Assembly (NCBI GenBank): GCA_934277645.1
Contig: CAKQUX010000006.1
Location: 11,576-75,575, forward strand
Source of the DNA: an uncultured Clostridia bacterium
GTDB taxonomy: Bacteria; Bacillota; Clostridia; Christensenellales; CAG-917
Length of the DNA: 64,000 bases
Direction: 5' to 3'
In this document: positions 51,167 to 60,619 of the stretch, one piece after another
Numbering within the stretch: position 1 is the first letter of the stretch
Layout: every line of letters begins with the position of its first letter
Notes under the pieces: model-generated
Told to the model about the DNA's origin: nothing
Seen by the model: only the letters and a program-made list of their open reading frames with translations
Database searches by the model: none
Position numbers and translations under genes: made by a program

Positions 51167-53746
51167 ATGAGTACGGTTACGAGAAATTTTGAAAACGTTT
51201 TTTATGCGGCAACTCGCCTCGCTTCGGAAACGGGCGGAAACGTATATTCGGAACATATACTTTACGGCTTAGCCAGCGTCAAAGGCTCGGTCGCTCAAAA
51301 GATTTTGTCCGAGTTCGTTTCGGCTGACGAACTTTTAAACAATTTTAAACTTCATTCGGTCGGCGGAGCTATCTTTTCGGAACGAGCAAACAGAATAAGA
51401 CAAAGAGCAATCGAGACGGCGGCGATAAAAGGCACGGCGGCGGCAACCGAGCACATTTTGTATGCACTTTTGCTCGAAACCGATTGCGTCGCATATAGAT
51501 ATCTCGTTTCAAAAGGAATGAACGTAGGCGCGCTCGAATATGAATTCGAAACTTCGTTCGGAATCAGAAAAGACGACAGATATAGTCAGCCGACTCGTTC
51601 TAACGTGTTGGTTGCAGATTTTAACGACCTTATCGGAAAGCTCAACAACGGACTTACTTATAACGGCGAAGACAAGCAGAATTCAGTTGGCGATAAGCAA
51701 GACGCGGAGTTTTCGGGAAAGGGGGATTCGTTTGGAAAAGGCTTAAAACCGTATAACAAAAGCGGTTTCGAGCCGATTGAAAATTTAAAAAGCACTCTTC
51801 CCGTCGGACTTGAAAAATTCGGCGTAGACCTGACAAAGAAGGCAAGAGACGGAAAATTGGACCCCGTTATAGGACGCGGAAAGGAAATCGAAAGATTGGT
51901 GCAGGTCCTTTGTCGTCGCACGAAAAACAATCCCGTGCTTATAGGCGAACCGGGCGTCGGAAAATCTGCGGTTCTTGAAGGACTCAGCCAAGCGATAGTT
52001 AGCGGAAACGTCCCCGACGCGCTTTTGGGAAAGACCGTGTTTTCGCTTGACCTTACGTCAATCGTTGCGGGAGCGAAATATCGCGGCGAATTCGAAGAGC
52101 GTTTTAAATCGGCGCTCGACGCTATAAAGTCGGCAGGAAATATAATTTTGTTTATAGACGAAATTCACACGCTCATTAAAACAGGCGGAAGCGAAGGCGC
52201 GCTTGACGCCGCAAACATTTTAAAGCCTATGCTCGCTCGCGGCGAACTTCAAACAATAGGCGCAACTACGATAGAGGAATATCGAAAGTATATCGAAAAA
52301 GACCCTGCCTTAGAAAGAAGGTTCCAACCTGTGCTTGTAGAAGAACCTTCGGTTTCGGAAACCGTCGAAATATTGAAGGGGCTTAAACAAAAGTTTGAAA
52401 ATCATCATAAAGTTTCCATAACCGAAGATGCATTGCAAGCGGCGGCAGTCATGGCAGACAGATATATAACTGATAGATTTTTGCCCGACAAGGCAATAGA
52501 TTTGCTTGACGAAGCCTGCTCGAAAAAGAAGATATATTCGTTTACCGTTCCTAAAGAAATCAGGGAACTTGACGGAAAAATCAACGAACTCGAACTTGAA
52601 ATATCCGAAGCCGTAAGGCACGAACAGACGTCGGTTGCGGAACACCTGAAAGCCGAACTCGGCGGCGTTATCGAAACTAAAAAGCAAAAAGATGCCGAAT
52701 GGCAACTTAAAACGCAAAACGCAAACCGCATAGTGACCGAAAACGAAATTGCGGAAATCGTTGCGTCGTCTACGGGCGTACCTGTGACAAAATTGACCGA
52801 AACCGAGTCGGAAAAATTGCTCGGTTTGGGCGAAGCTCTTCATAAGCGCGTAATCGGACAAAACGAGGCTGTGGAAGCGGTGGCAAAAGCCATTAAAAGG
52901 GCAAGAGCAGGACTTGGCGACAGCGGCAGACCGATAGGCAGCTTTATTTTTCTCGGACCTACGGGCGTAGGAAAGACCGAGCTTAGCAAAGCGCTTGCCG
53001 CAGAACTTTTCGGCGATGAAAACCTTATGATACGAATCGATATGTCCGAATATATGCAAAAGGAAAACGTATCGAAAATGATAGGCTCAGCCCCGGGATA
53101 CGTCGGATACGACGAGGGCGGACAGCTTACCGAAAAGGTCAGAAGAAAACCGTATTCCGTCGTATTGTTCGACGAAATCGAAAAAGCGCATCCCGACGTA
53201 TATAATCTGCTTTTGCAAATCCTTGACGACGGCAGACTTACCGACAGTCAGGGCAGACTTGTCAGTTTTAAAAATACCGTAATCATAATGACGTCAAACG
53301 CAGGCGCGGCGGAAGTCGGTAAAAATAAGGTCGGATTTGACGATGACGACGAAATAAAAGCGTTTGAAAGAAAAAAGGAAGCGCAAATCAATGCCTTGAA
53401 GCGTTTTATGAAACCCGAATTTATAAATCGCGTCGACGAAATAATAGTGTTTAAAAACCTTACGCTCGGCGACGTCGAAAAAATCGGCTCGTTGATGCTC
53501 GATAAGCTTGTAAAGAAAATGGCAAGACAAGGCATAGAGCTTACGTTCACCGACGAAGCGAAAGAGTACGTTTTTAAAAGGGGATATGACCCTGAATACG
53601 GCGCAAGACCGCTTAAACGCACAATCGCAAAACTTTTGGAAGACAGTTTGTCGGAAGAAATTTTGCTTGGCGACATACAATCGGGCGATAAAGTCGAAGC
53701 CGCAGTTGAAAACGGCGAATTGACGTTTAACCTTTTAGACGAATGA
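51167..53746 (+). CDS. clpC: ATP-dependent Clp protease ATP-binding subunit ClpC
   Basis: 859 aa. N-terminal Clp repeat; AAA+ module 1 GEPGVGKSA...ILFIDEIH; coiled-coil M-domain; AAA+ module 2 GPTGVGKTE...VVLFDEIEKAH. Confidence 0.95.
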   Translation: MSTVTRNFENVFYAATRLASETGGNVYSEHILYGLASVKGSVAQKILSEFVSADELLNNFKLHSVGGAIFSERANRIRQRAIETAAIKGTAAATEHILYALLLETDCVAYRYLVSKGMNVGALEYEFETSFGIRKDDRYSQPTRSNVLVADFNDLIGKLNNGLTYNGEDKQNSVGDKQDAEFSGKGDSFGKGLKPYNKSGFEPIENLKSTLPVGLEKFGVDLTKKARDGKLDPVIGRGKEIERLVQVLCRRTKNNPVLIGEPGVGKSAVLEGLSQAIVSGNVPDALLGKTVFSLDLTSIVAGAKYRGEFEERFKSALDAIKSAGNIILFIDEIHTLIKTGGSEGALDAANILKPMLARGELQTIGATTIEEYRKYIEKDPALERRFQPVLVEEPSVSETVEILKGLKQKFENHHKVSITEDALQAAAVMADRYITDRFLPDKAIDLLDEACSKKKIYSFTVPKEIRELDGKINELELEISEAVRHEQTSVAEHLKAELGGVIETKKQKDAEWQLKTQNANRIVTENEIAEIVASSTGVPVTKLTETESEKLLGLGEALHKRVIGQNEAVEAVAKAIKRARAGLGDSGRPIGSFIFLGPTGVGKTELSKALAAELFGDENLMIRIDMSEYMQKENVSKMIGSAPGYVGYDEGGQLTEKVRRKPYSVVLFDEIEKAHPDVYNLLLQILDDGRLTDSQGRLVSFKNTVIIMTSNAGAAEVGKNKVGFDDDDEIKAFERKKEAQINALKRFMKPEFINRVDEIIVFKNLTLGDVEKIGSLMLDKLVKKMARQGIELTFTDEAKEYVFKRGYDPEYGARPLKRTIAKLLEDSLSEEILLGDIQSGDKVEAAVENGELTFNLLDE

Positions 53747-53844
53747 TGAAATTTTCCATAAAACGGTAAATTTTTAAATTGGGTATTGAAATAGCGACCG
53801 ACTGAGTGTATAATATAATTATCAAAAGGCTTAGGAGGTCGGCT

Positions 53845-54204
53845 ATGAAAATCGAATACGTTGGAAAGGGCTATAACGTCAGCGATTCCCTTAAAAGTGT
53901 AACTGAAAAGAAGAGCAAAAAGTTTAAGAAGTATTTGGGCGACGACGCAGTGCTTAAATACACTATTACGTTGACGGGTGATACTTACACGACCGAGCTT
54001 ATTGCCGAATATAACGGACAACTTATTAAAGCAGAAGCGCAATCGGACACACCTTTTAAAAACCTCGACGAAGTAAATTCTCGTTTTGAAGGTCAAGCAA
54101 GAAAATTTAAAACCGCAGACGGGAAAAGCAAGAGAGGTTGGAAACGTACCTATCCTGAAGTTCCGAGTAAAATCGAAACCGAACCGACGGAAGAGGACAA
54201 ATAA
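53845..54204 (+). CDS. hpf: ribosome hibernation factor (short HPF/RaiA type)
   Basis: Start moved to ATG 53845 (AGGAGG 53833-53838). MKIEYVGKGYNVSDSLKSVTEKKSKKFKKYL follows the HPF N-terminal pattern. 119 aa with a basic/acidic tail. Confidence 0.8.
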   Translation: MKIEYVGKGYNVSDSLKSVTEKKSKKFKKYLGDDAVLKYTITLTGDTYTTELIAEYNGQLIKAEAQSDTPFKNLDEVNSRFEGQARKFKTADGKSKRGWKRTYPEVPSKIETEPTEEDK

Positions 54205-54216
54205 TTTTTAAAATTT

Positions 54217-54244
54217 AAAAAACGGCTTTAATAGCCGTTTTTTA
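54217..54244 (+). terminator. intrinsic terminator after hpf
   Basis: AACGGCT 54221-54227 / AGCCGTT 54233-54239, with an A-run and a T-run. Confidence 0.85.
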
Positions 54245-54468
54245 TTTTTGCCCTAATTAAAAATTGCTTTTTAAGTTTAAAAATTTTAAATTTCATTTCA
54301 TCTGCTTAAAAGGTTGTATATTTATAATGCATAAACGCATAAATATGATAAAAATCGTTATCTATATGTATAAATATACAAAATTTGCTAAAATATACAA
54401 AAAACCGCGTGAAACTGTAAAACGCTTGATATAAGGTGTGATTTGGTATATAATGGGCAAAAATAGAT

Positions 54469-55812
54469 ATGAAAATGATTTTTAAAATTAAAAACAAAAT
54501 GACGAATTATCAAATTGTTGCGATAGCTTTCGTCTTACTTATATTTTTGGGTTCGGCGCTTCTTAGTCTACCGATTGCCTCAAAAAAAAGTACGCCATAT
54601 ATTGACGCTCTATTTACTTCTACTTCGGCTGTGTGCGTAACGGGGCTTGCTACTTTTGACACTTTTACGCATTGGACGACTTTCGGACAAGTGGTTATTT
54701 TAATCTTGACGCAAATCGGCGGTTTGGGACTTATGACGCTCATGACGATCTTTTCGCTTTTTGTACGCAAACAGTTGACGCTTTCCGAAAGGAGCTTGTT
54801 TATTTATTCGACGGGCAGTCAAGCCGGCTCGATAAAGAGCGTAGTTAAGCACGTCGTGTTGGGAACCGCAATTTTTGAACTTATCGGAACGATTTTTTTA
54901 TCGATAAGATTTTGTGCGATTTTCGGCGCGGGAAAGGGCTTGTATTTTGCTCTGTTTCACGCAGTGTCGGCGTTTTGTAACGGCGGCTTTGACCTTATGG
55001 GGGCTTATTCGGGGCAGTTCAGCTCGCTTACTGCTTTTTCAAACGACGTTATAGTAAATTTGACGATATCGTTTTTGATATTTATGGGCGGTTTGGGCTT
55101 TTTGGTTTGGAGCGACGTAATAGCAAAAAAATTCAATCCGAAAAAATTTTCTTTGCACACAAAAATCGTTCTCGTTACGTCTTGTTCGCTTTTAGTCATA
55201 GGAATGGTTTTATTCTATCTTTTTGAAATGAACAACTATTTGGCAGGTAAAACGTCGGGAGAAGCGTTTTTAATTTGTCTGTTCCAATCGACTTCGGCAA
55301 GAACTGCAGGTTATGCTACGGTTGACACGGCGGCTCTTTCCGAAAGTTCAAAGCTGCTTACAATAGTACTTATGTTCATCGGCGGAAGCCCCGGTTCGAC
55401 GGCAGGCGGCATAAAGACGACAACGCTTGTTATTTTACTGTTTTCCATAATTGCCAACGTAAAAAGAAAGAATACGATAACGGTAGGCAAAAGGCGAATA
55501 GACAACAGCAATGCTTCTCAAGCATACGCAATCGTTACGCTTTATCTCATTGCGGCGGCTTTTGCGGCGGCAGTGCTGTGTCTCGATACGAGCATAACTT
55601 TGGATCAGGCGGTGTTTGAAACGGTTTCTGCATTAGGCACGGCAGGACTTACGCTCGGCATAACGCCTTATCTTGCTTGGTGGGGAAAATTGGTTTTGAT
55701 AATTTGTATGTTTGGCGGCAGAGTAGGTATGTTGTCGCTTGTTATGATATTCGCAAACAAAAACAAGGTCGTTCCGCTTGAAAGACCTAAAGAAAAAATT
55801 ATTATAGGATAG
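54469..55812 (+). CDS. ktrB: TrkH/KtrB family potassium uptake membrane subunit
   Basis: 447 aa, polytopic, with four MPM-type repeats carrying selectivity-filter-like Gly motifs (TGLAT, TQIGGLG, NGGFD, GGSPGSTAGGIKT). The start is uncertain (ATG at 54469, 54475 or 54499, none with a good RBS). Confidence 0.88.
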   Translation: MKMIFKIKNKMTNYQIVAIAFVLLIFLGSALLSLPIASKKSTPYIDALFTSTSAVCVTGLATFDTFTHWTTFGQVVILILTQIGGLGLMTLMTIFSLFVRKQLTLSERSLFIYSTGSQAGSIKSVVKHVVLGTAIFELIGTIFLSIRFCAIFGAGKGLYFALFHAVSAFCNGGFDLMGAYSGQFSSLTAFSNDVIVNLTISFLIFMGGLGFLVWSDVIAKKFNPKKFSLHTKIVLVTSCSLLVIGMVLFYLFEMNNYLAGKTSGEAFLICLFQSTSARTAGYATVDTAALSESSKLLTIVLMFIGGSPGSTAGGIKTTTLVILLFSIIANVKRKNTITVGKRRIDNSNASQAYAIVTLYLIAAAFAAAVLCLDTSITLDQAVFETVSALGTAGLTLGITPYLAWWGKLVLIICMFGGRVGMLSLVMIFANKNKVVPLERPKEKIIIG

Positions 55813-55821
55813 GTATAAATT

Positions 55822-56493
55822 ATGGCAAAAAAACGCGCTTCAAAATCAATGCTTGTTATAGGTGTCGGACGATACGGTAAGTATCTTGCTTTAAAACTTT
55901 TGGAACTTGGCAACGACGTTATGATTATCGATCAGGACGAAAAAGTTATCGAGGAGCTTGCGCCTGTTTTTACCGACGCACATATAGGCGATTGCACTAG
56001 CGAAACGGTGCTTAGAGCAATCGGCGCAGCTAGCTTCGATTGTTGTTTTGTTACCATTGACGAAAACTTTCAGGCATCGCTTGAAATCACATCGCTTTTA
56101 TCTGATATAGGCGCAAAGAAAATCGTTGCGAAAGCGTCCAGAGAATCGCAAGCGAAATTTTTGATGAAAGTTGGGGCAAACGAAGTTGTATATCCCGAAA
56201 AAGACAATGCCGAAAGACTTGCCGTTAAATACGGAACTAACAACGTTTTCGATTATATTCAACTTTCAAAGGATTATTCGCTTGTTGAAATTCCTATTAT
56301 GAAAGATTGGATAGGCAAGAGCATTTTGGAAATCGGCGTCAGAAAAAACTATGACATAAACGTCATAGCGATTAAACGTGACAGCGAATTTATTCCTTCT
56401 CCTGCTCCCGATTTTGTGTTTGCCTCAGGCGACCACGTCGTTACGCTCGGACATTCCGATGAAGTGATTGAAATTGCTCAAAAACTGAAATAG
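55822..56493 (+). CDS. ktrA: TrkA/KtrA family potassium uptake regulatory subunit
   Basis: 223 aa. RCK_N Rossmann motif VIGVGRYGKYLA plus an RCK_C domain. Confidence 0.9.
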   Translation: MAKKRASKSMLVIGVGRYGKYLALKLLELGNDVMIIDQDEKVIEELAPVFTDAHIGDCTSETVLRAIGAASFDCCFVTIDENFQASLEITSLLSDIGAKKIVAKASRESQAKFLMKVGANEVVYPEKDNAERLAVKYGTNNVFDYIQLSKDYSLVEIPIMKDWIGKSILEIGVRKNYDINVIAIKRDSEFIPSPAPDFVFASGDHVVTLGHSDEVIEIAQKLK

Positions 56494-56681
56494 TAAGGCA
56501 TTTGCCTAAATTTACGGTATTCTATGCCGTCGCTTTTTGCGGCTTTGTCGCTGAAAATTCGGTTTAATTTTATGCTTGGTTTTAACTTAGTGAGTAAATT
56601 TAAATAGCATAACATTTAAAAAGTTTATGTTTTAAAAAGTCAAGCCGAGATAATCGAGATAATATAATTTAAGATAAAACA

Positions 56682-56710
56682 AATAAGTCAAGCCATAGGC
56701 TTGACTTATT
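56682..56710. terminator. strong hairpin terminator, oriented mainly for the minus-strand two-component operon
   Basis: Perfect 13-bp stem AATAAGTCAAGCC 56682-56694 / GGCTTGACTTATT 56698-56710. T-rich tail on the minus strand (TTTGTTTTATCTT). Confidence 0.8.
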
Positions 56711-56934
56711 ACATTTCAATTTGCTATTGAACTTTAATTTAATATTACACTTCAATTTGACTTGCTTTCGTATTTCATTTTGGCTATTACTTTTATTTTG
56801 ATTACTGTATCAATTTAACTATAATAATTTTAACTATCGTATTTCAATTTGACTCATTTTGTTTAAACTTGACAATTTCAAAATGACTTACTTTATTTTT
56901 AATTTTATTAAATTATGCATATCGTTTTAGAATT

Positions 56935-58275
56935 TTAGCCTAATATATCTTGTTCTGAATCGGTTTGCTTGCATTTTACGGGTTTTAACTTTTTAGGCTT
57001 CTTTTCTTTTTCTTTTTTTGCTTCGCCGAACAATGAAATTACAAACATGGTATATTTGCCTTCTTCGCTTTGACATTCGATTTTTCCGTTCATCGTATCG
57101 ACAATGGACTTTGCGATGGACAAGCCCAGTCCGAAACTTTTCTTTTCGGATTCTTCGTTCGTCACTTTATAGAAGCGTTCGAAAATATGTTTTTGATTTT
57201 CTTCCGAAATTCCGTTTCCGGTGTTAGAAATCGTAAGTCGAATTGTTTTTTTGTTTCGCTCTAAGCCGGCTCTGATTTTTCCGCCGACGTTGACGTACTT
57301 AATGGCGTTGTCGCAAAGTATAGACAAAAGTTTGTCAAGGCTTGCCGTATCGACCATATAGTAAATGTCGTTTTCGATTTTTGTTTCGAGCGTAATGTTC
57401 TTTTCAAAGCAAGTCGCTTCAAATGACAATAGGGTGGATTCTAAATATTCGCTGAGATTGATGAGCTTTTTGTCGGGCTTATAAAATATGCTTTGGAATT
57501 TACTAAGCTCTAACATTTCGAAAACGAGATGATTCATTTTTTCTATTTGTTGATTTGAACTTGTAAGCCATTTTTTCGCATCTGGGTTATCGCTTAGCGA
57601 ATCGCTGATTAAGTTTAAATCGGTAGCAATGACGGTGAGTGGAGTTTTAAGTTCATGCGAAACGTTTGCGACGAGTTCTTTTTGGTTGTTGAAAGCGTTT
57701 TCGACGGGTTTGACAGCCTTTCTTGCAAAAAGCCAGCCGAGCAAGGCAAACAGCCATACGCACGCAACCGTAACGGCGGCGAAAGATACGACAAGCGTTA
57801 TGATTGCCCTATGGTCGGCAGAGTAGTCGCAGACCGCATATACAATTTCATTGCTGACGGGATTGTTTGTGCGCGCGGTTTGAATCCAAAAATGACGGGA
57901 GCCGATTTCGATTTTCTCTTTTTCGGTGTTTAAAACTTTGTTGATTATTTGCGCTTGTTCGGTCGCCGTGTAAGGTTCAAGACGCTTTTTTTCGACTACG
58001 ACTCCGTCGCGCTCGACAATGACAATGCAGTTTGTCATGCCGTCGAAACTTTTAAATTCACGACCGAAACCGCCGCTTATCTGATAGTCGTTTATTGTGC
58101 GGTTTAAACTGTCTTTTACGTTTCTTGTCATATTGGCATATGCTATGCTGAATACAACGGTGAATATAACGACTAAAATGCCCGTGCCGATAGCCGAGCA
58201 TAAAAGCATGAATTTATATTTTAAATCGCCGAAGAGTTCGGTGTTGTCGTTTGAAGGTTTTTCGTTGTTATTCAC
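56935..58275 (-). CDS. sensor histidine kinase
   Basis: 446 aa. Two TM helices flank a ~130-aa external domain. H-box VSHELKTPLT, N-box DNAIKY, G-boxes ISNTGNGI and GLGLSIAK. 8-nt overlap with the regulator gene. Confidence 0.92.
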   Translation of the reverse strand: MNNNEKPSNDNTELFGDLKYKFMLLCSAIGTGILVVIFTVVFSIAYANMTRNVKDSLNRTINDYQISGGFGREFKSFDGMTNCIVIVERDGVVVEKKRLEPYTATEQAQIINKVLNTEKEKIEIGSRHFWIQTARTNNPVSNEIVYAVCDYSADHRAIITLVVSFAAVTVACVWLFALLGWLFARKAVKPVENAFNNQKELVANVSHELKTPLTVIATDLNLISDSLSDNPDAKKWLTSSNQQIEKMNHLVFEMLELSKFQSIFYKPDKKLINLSEYLESTLLSFEATCFEKNITLETKIENDIYYMVDTASLDKLLSILCDNAIKYVNVGGKIRAGLERNKKTIRLTISNTGNGISEENQKHIFERFYKVTNEESEKKSFGLGLSIAKSIVDTMNGKIECQSEEGKYTMFVISLFGEAKKEKEKKPKKLKPVKCKQTDSEQDILG

Positions 58276-58948
58276 TCTTTTTATCCTCTAATTGATAGCC
58301 CACGCCTCTGATTGCCGAAATAGTGAACGGCGCGTTTAAGAAATTGAGTTTCTTTCTTAAAAAAGATATGAACACTTCGACCGTGTTCGATTCAAACTCG
58401 CTGTCGAATCCCCATACTTTTGCGATGAGATTTTCCTTGTCGGCGATTTTCCCGTCACGTTCGTAAAGATATTTCATAATCTCGAACTCTTTAAGCGACA
58501 GTTTTACGCTTTTTGCTTCATAGCTGAGTTCGTATGTGTTGACGTCGAGTTTAACGCCTTTATGGTCGAGTACGCCCAAATATGCGTCCGATTTGCGACG
58601 GGTGAGCGCGCGTATTCTTGCAAGAAGCTCGGGTATCGAAAACGGCTTTGCGATATAATCGTCCGCGCCGTAGTCGAGCCCCTGAACCTTGTTTGCCTCG
58701 TCGGTGAGAGCGGTAAGCATAATAACGGGTGTTGAAATTTCGTTTTGACGAAGTTTTTTCAAAACCTCGAAGCCGTTCATTTGCGGAAGCATAACGTCAA
58801 GCAAAATAACGTCGAAAATTCCGCTGAGAGCGTATTCATAACCGCTTTTACCGTCGTATACGTTTTCGACCTCGTACTTTTCTTTTTTAAGCACAGCCAC
58901 CAAAGCGTCGGATAGGCTCGGTGAATCTTCAATAAGTAAAACACGCAT
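58268..58948 (-). CDS. OmpR/PhoB-family response regulator
   Basis: 226 aa, AAGGAG RBS. Receiver domain (LLIEDS, DVILLDVMLP, LTA..., K at ADDYIAKPF) and a winged-helix C-terminal domain (TVEVFISFLRKKL...IRGVGY). Confidence 0.93.
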   Translation of the reverse strand: MRVLLIEDSPSLSDALVAVLKKEKYEVENVYDGKSGYEYALSGIFDVILLDVMLPQMNGFEVLKKLRQNEISTPVIMLTALTDEANKVQGLDYGADDYIAKPFSIPELLARIRALTRRKSDAYLGVLDHKGVKLDVNTYELSYEAKSVKLSLKEFEIMKYLYERDGKIADKENLIAKVWGFDSEFESNTVEVFISFLRKKLNFLNAPFTISAIRGVGYQLEDKKSE

Positions 58949-59094
58949 AATATATCTCCTTTGTTTTAGGATAAATCCGCTTGCTTAAACTTTCATTAAA
59001 AAAACAATTTTAAAAAACATTTAAAAAAATTTTTAAAAAAGTATTTTTTTATCGATTATTTAAGGTATTTTTAAGCTATTGCAATTATTATAAC

Positions 59095-59251
59095 GGTAGT
59101 AGGCAGGCAGAATAGATAGTGGCTGGCGTAGACCACGGTTAAAACGCTCATCTAACTATGGTTAAGTTTTTTGCCCTAATCTTGTCGCTTAGCGACGCCT
59201 TGACGGAACACCTTTTTTCTCTCCGATTTTTGGGTGTTCCGTCCTTTTTTA
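59095..59251 (+). ncRNA. candidate small RNA or orphan cis-element defined by a strong plus-strand terminator (class unknown)
   Basis: 10-bp GC-rich stem ACGGAACACC 59203-59212 / GGTGTTCCGT 59233-59242, followed by CC and T6 (59245-59250). No plus-strand gene lies upstream, because the neighbouring gene is on the minus strand. Local hairpins GTGG..CCAC (59119-59136) and GTCGC-TTA-GCGAC (59184-59196). GGCG 59127-59130 could pair with CGCC 59197-59200. The next gene starts 200 nt further on, behind its own -10. The 5' end is not defined. Confidence 0.35.
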
Positions 59252-59451
59252 TTCAATTTTATCTTTAACATTATATATCTTTTTATTTTTATTTTCAATA
59301 TTCATTTTAAAAACGGCTTTTGTTTCGACTTAATTATGCTGATTTTTGCCCGATAAAGAACGAAAAATTTAAAATTTGGATATTATATCATAGAATGTGA
59401 GCAAATTTTTATGGACTTTGCCTGTTTTCGTGTTAAAATGAGTTGACGCTT

Positions 59452-60303
59452 ATGAGAAAACTGAAAGTAATTATAAATAGAATGAGCGGAAACGGCTCAA
59501 AGGCATATCTCGACAAGGTCGTATCCAAGTTGGAAACAAAATTTGACGAGAAGTTTGAAATCGCGCAGGTTATAAATCTTGCCGACGAAAACGACACGTT
59601 CGAGCTTGACGGGTGCGACGCCGTTGCCGTTTGCGGCGGCGACGGGACTTTAAGCAATGCTTTAAACAAGGCGAGAGAGTTTGGCATCGACGTTTTTTAT
59701 TTTCCTTACGGCACTCTTAACGAGCTTGCAAAACATATAGCAAAAGTCGGCGGTGAGGCAGTAAACGAAACGGGCTTTATAGGTGACAGACAATTCGTTT
59801 ACGTTGCGGCTACGGGGTCATTTACGCCGATAGGATATTCGACCACAAACAAATCGAAACGCAAGTTGAAATTTTTCGCATACGTTTTGCGTGTGCTTAA
59901 AGAATATAAGGTTTACAATATGAAAGCTACAATCGATGCGGACGGCGTTATCGACAGCGGCGAATATTCGCTCATTATGTGCCTCGATTCAAGAAGATGT
60001 TTCAGTTTTAATTTTAACAGACTTTACAAATTCAACGACGGAAAGTTTCATCTGCTCACCATCAAGACACCGAAAGGAGCGTTTAAAAAATTCAAAATTT
60101 TCTTTCCGCTTTTCAGAGCGTTCTTCATCGGCTTTAACAAAGAGTATAAAAGCAAAAATATGATTTTCAAAGCTGCCGAAAAAGTCAAAATCAGTTATGA
60201 CAAGGATTATCCGATTTGTCTTGACGGCGAAAAGTATTTTGCAGGCACCGAGTATGAGGTAAAAATCGACCGCTCTAAAAGCAGGATATTCGTTATCGTT
60301 TGA
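59452..60303 (+). CDS. diacylglycerol/lipid kinase family protein (DagK/YegS-like)
   Basis: Start at ATG 59452 (the track starts at TTG 59443). VIINRMSGNG, and CDAVAVCGGDGTLSNALN with the GGDGT motif. Confidence 0.85.
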   Translation: MRKLKVIINRMSGNGSKAYLDKVVSKLETKFDEKFEIAQVINLADENDTFELDGCDAVAVCGGDGTLSNALNKAREFGIDVFYFPYGTLNELAKHIAKVGGEAVNETGFIGDRQFVYVAATGSFTPIGYSTTNKSKRKLKFFAYVLRVLKEYKVYNMKATIDADGVIDSGEYSLIMCLDSRRCFSFNFNRLYKFNDGKFHLLTIKTPKGAFKKFKIFFPLFRAFFIGFNKEYKSKNMIFKAAEKVKISYDKDYPICLDGEKYFAGTEYEVKIDRSKSRIFVIV

Positions 60304-60533
60304 TAGCTGCCTAAAAAAGGCGGTTTAAAACAAAGTGCGGCATTTAAGTTTTGCGGTGTAAAGACAAAAAGTTAAATCCGAATCGTTATAACCAAAAAAC
60401 TAAATCGAAATCGTTATAAGCGATATAGCCGTAATCGGAATCGTATTAGCAAAATTAGTTATAATTAAAATCGTTATAAAAAAAATAATAATCAAAATTG
60501 TTATAAACAAAATAACTCTAATAAAAATTAAAA

Positions 60534-60561
60534 AACGAAACAGAATGGTTGTTTCGTTTTT
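60534..60561. terminator. bidirectional terminator (lipid kinase gene on +, small ORF on -)
   Basis: ACGAAACA 60534-60541 / TGTTTCGT 60549-60556, A-run upstream and T-run downstream. Confidence 0.8.
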
Positions 60562-60619
60562 TAATTGATTAAGATTTGAAAGTTTAACGCTTAGACGCTA
60601 TGACGCAAATGCGAGACGC

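Noticed and set aside
52310-54096. Minus-strand ORFs of 249, 108, 282 and 128 aa
   Set aside because: All are antisense or off-frame within clpC (and run into the hpf leader). clpC motifs are unambiguous on the plus strand.
59119-59205. ZTP (pfl) riboswitch
   Set aside because: CUGGCG followed by ACCACGG, then a downstream hairpin plus CGCC, recall the ZTP pseudoknot layout. However, the 3' conserved block reads CGCCUUGAC rather than the CGCCUGGGC I remember, and the downstream gene is a lipid kinase 200 nt away rather than a purine or folate gene. The class is left unknown.
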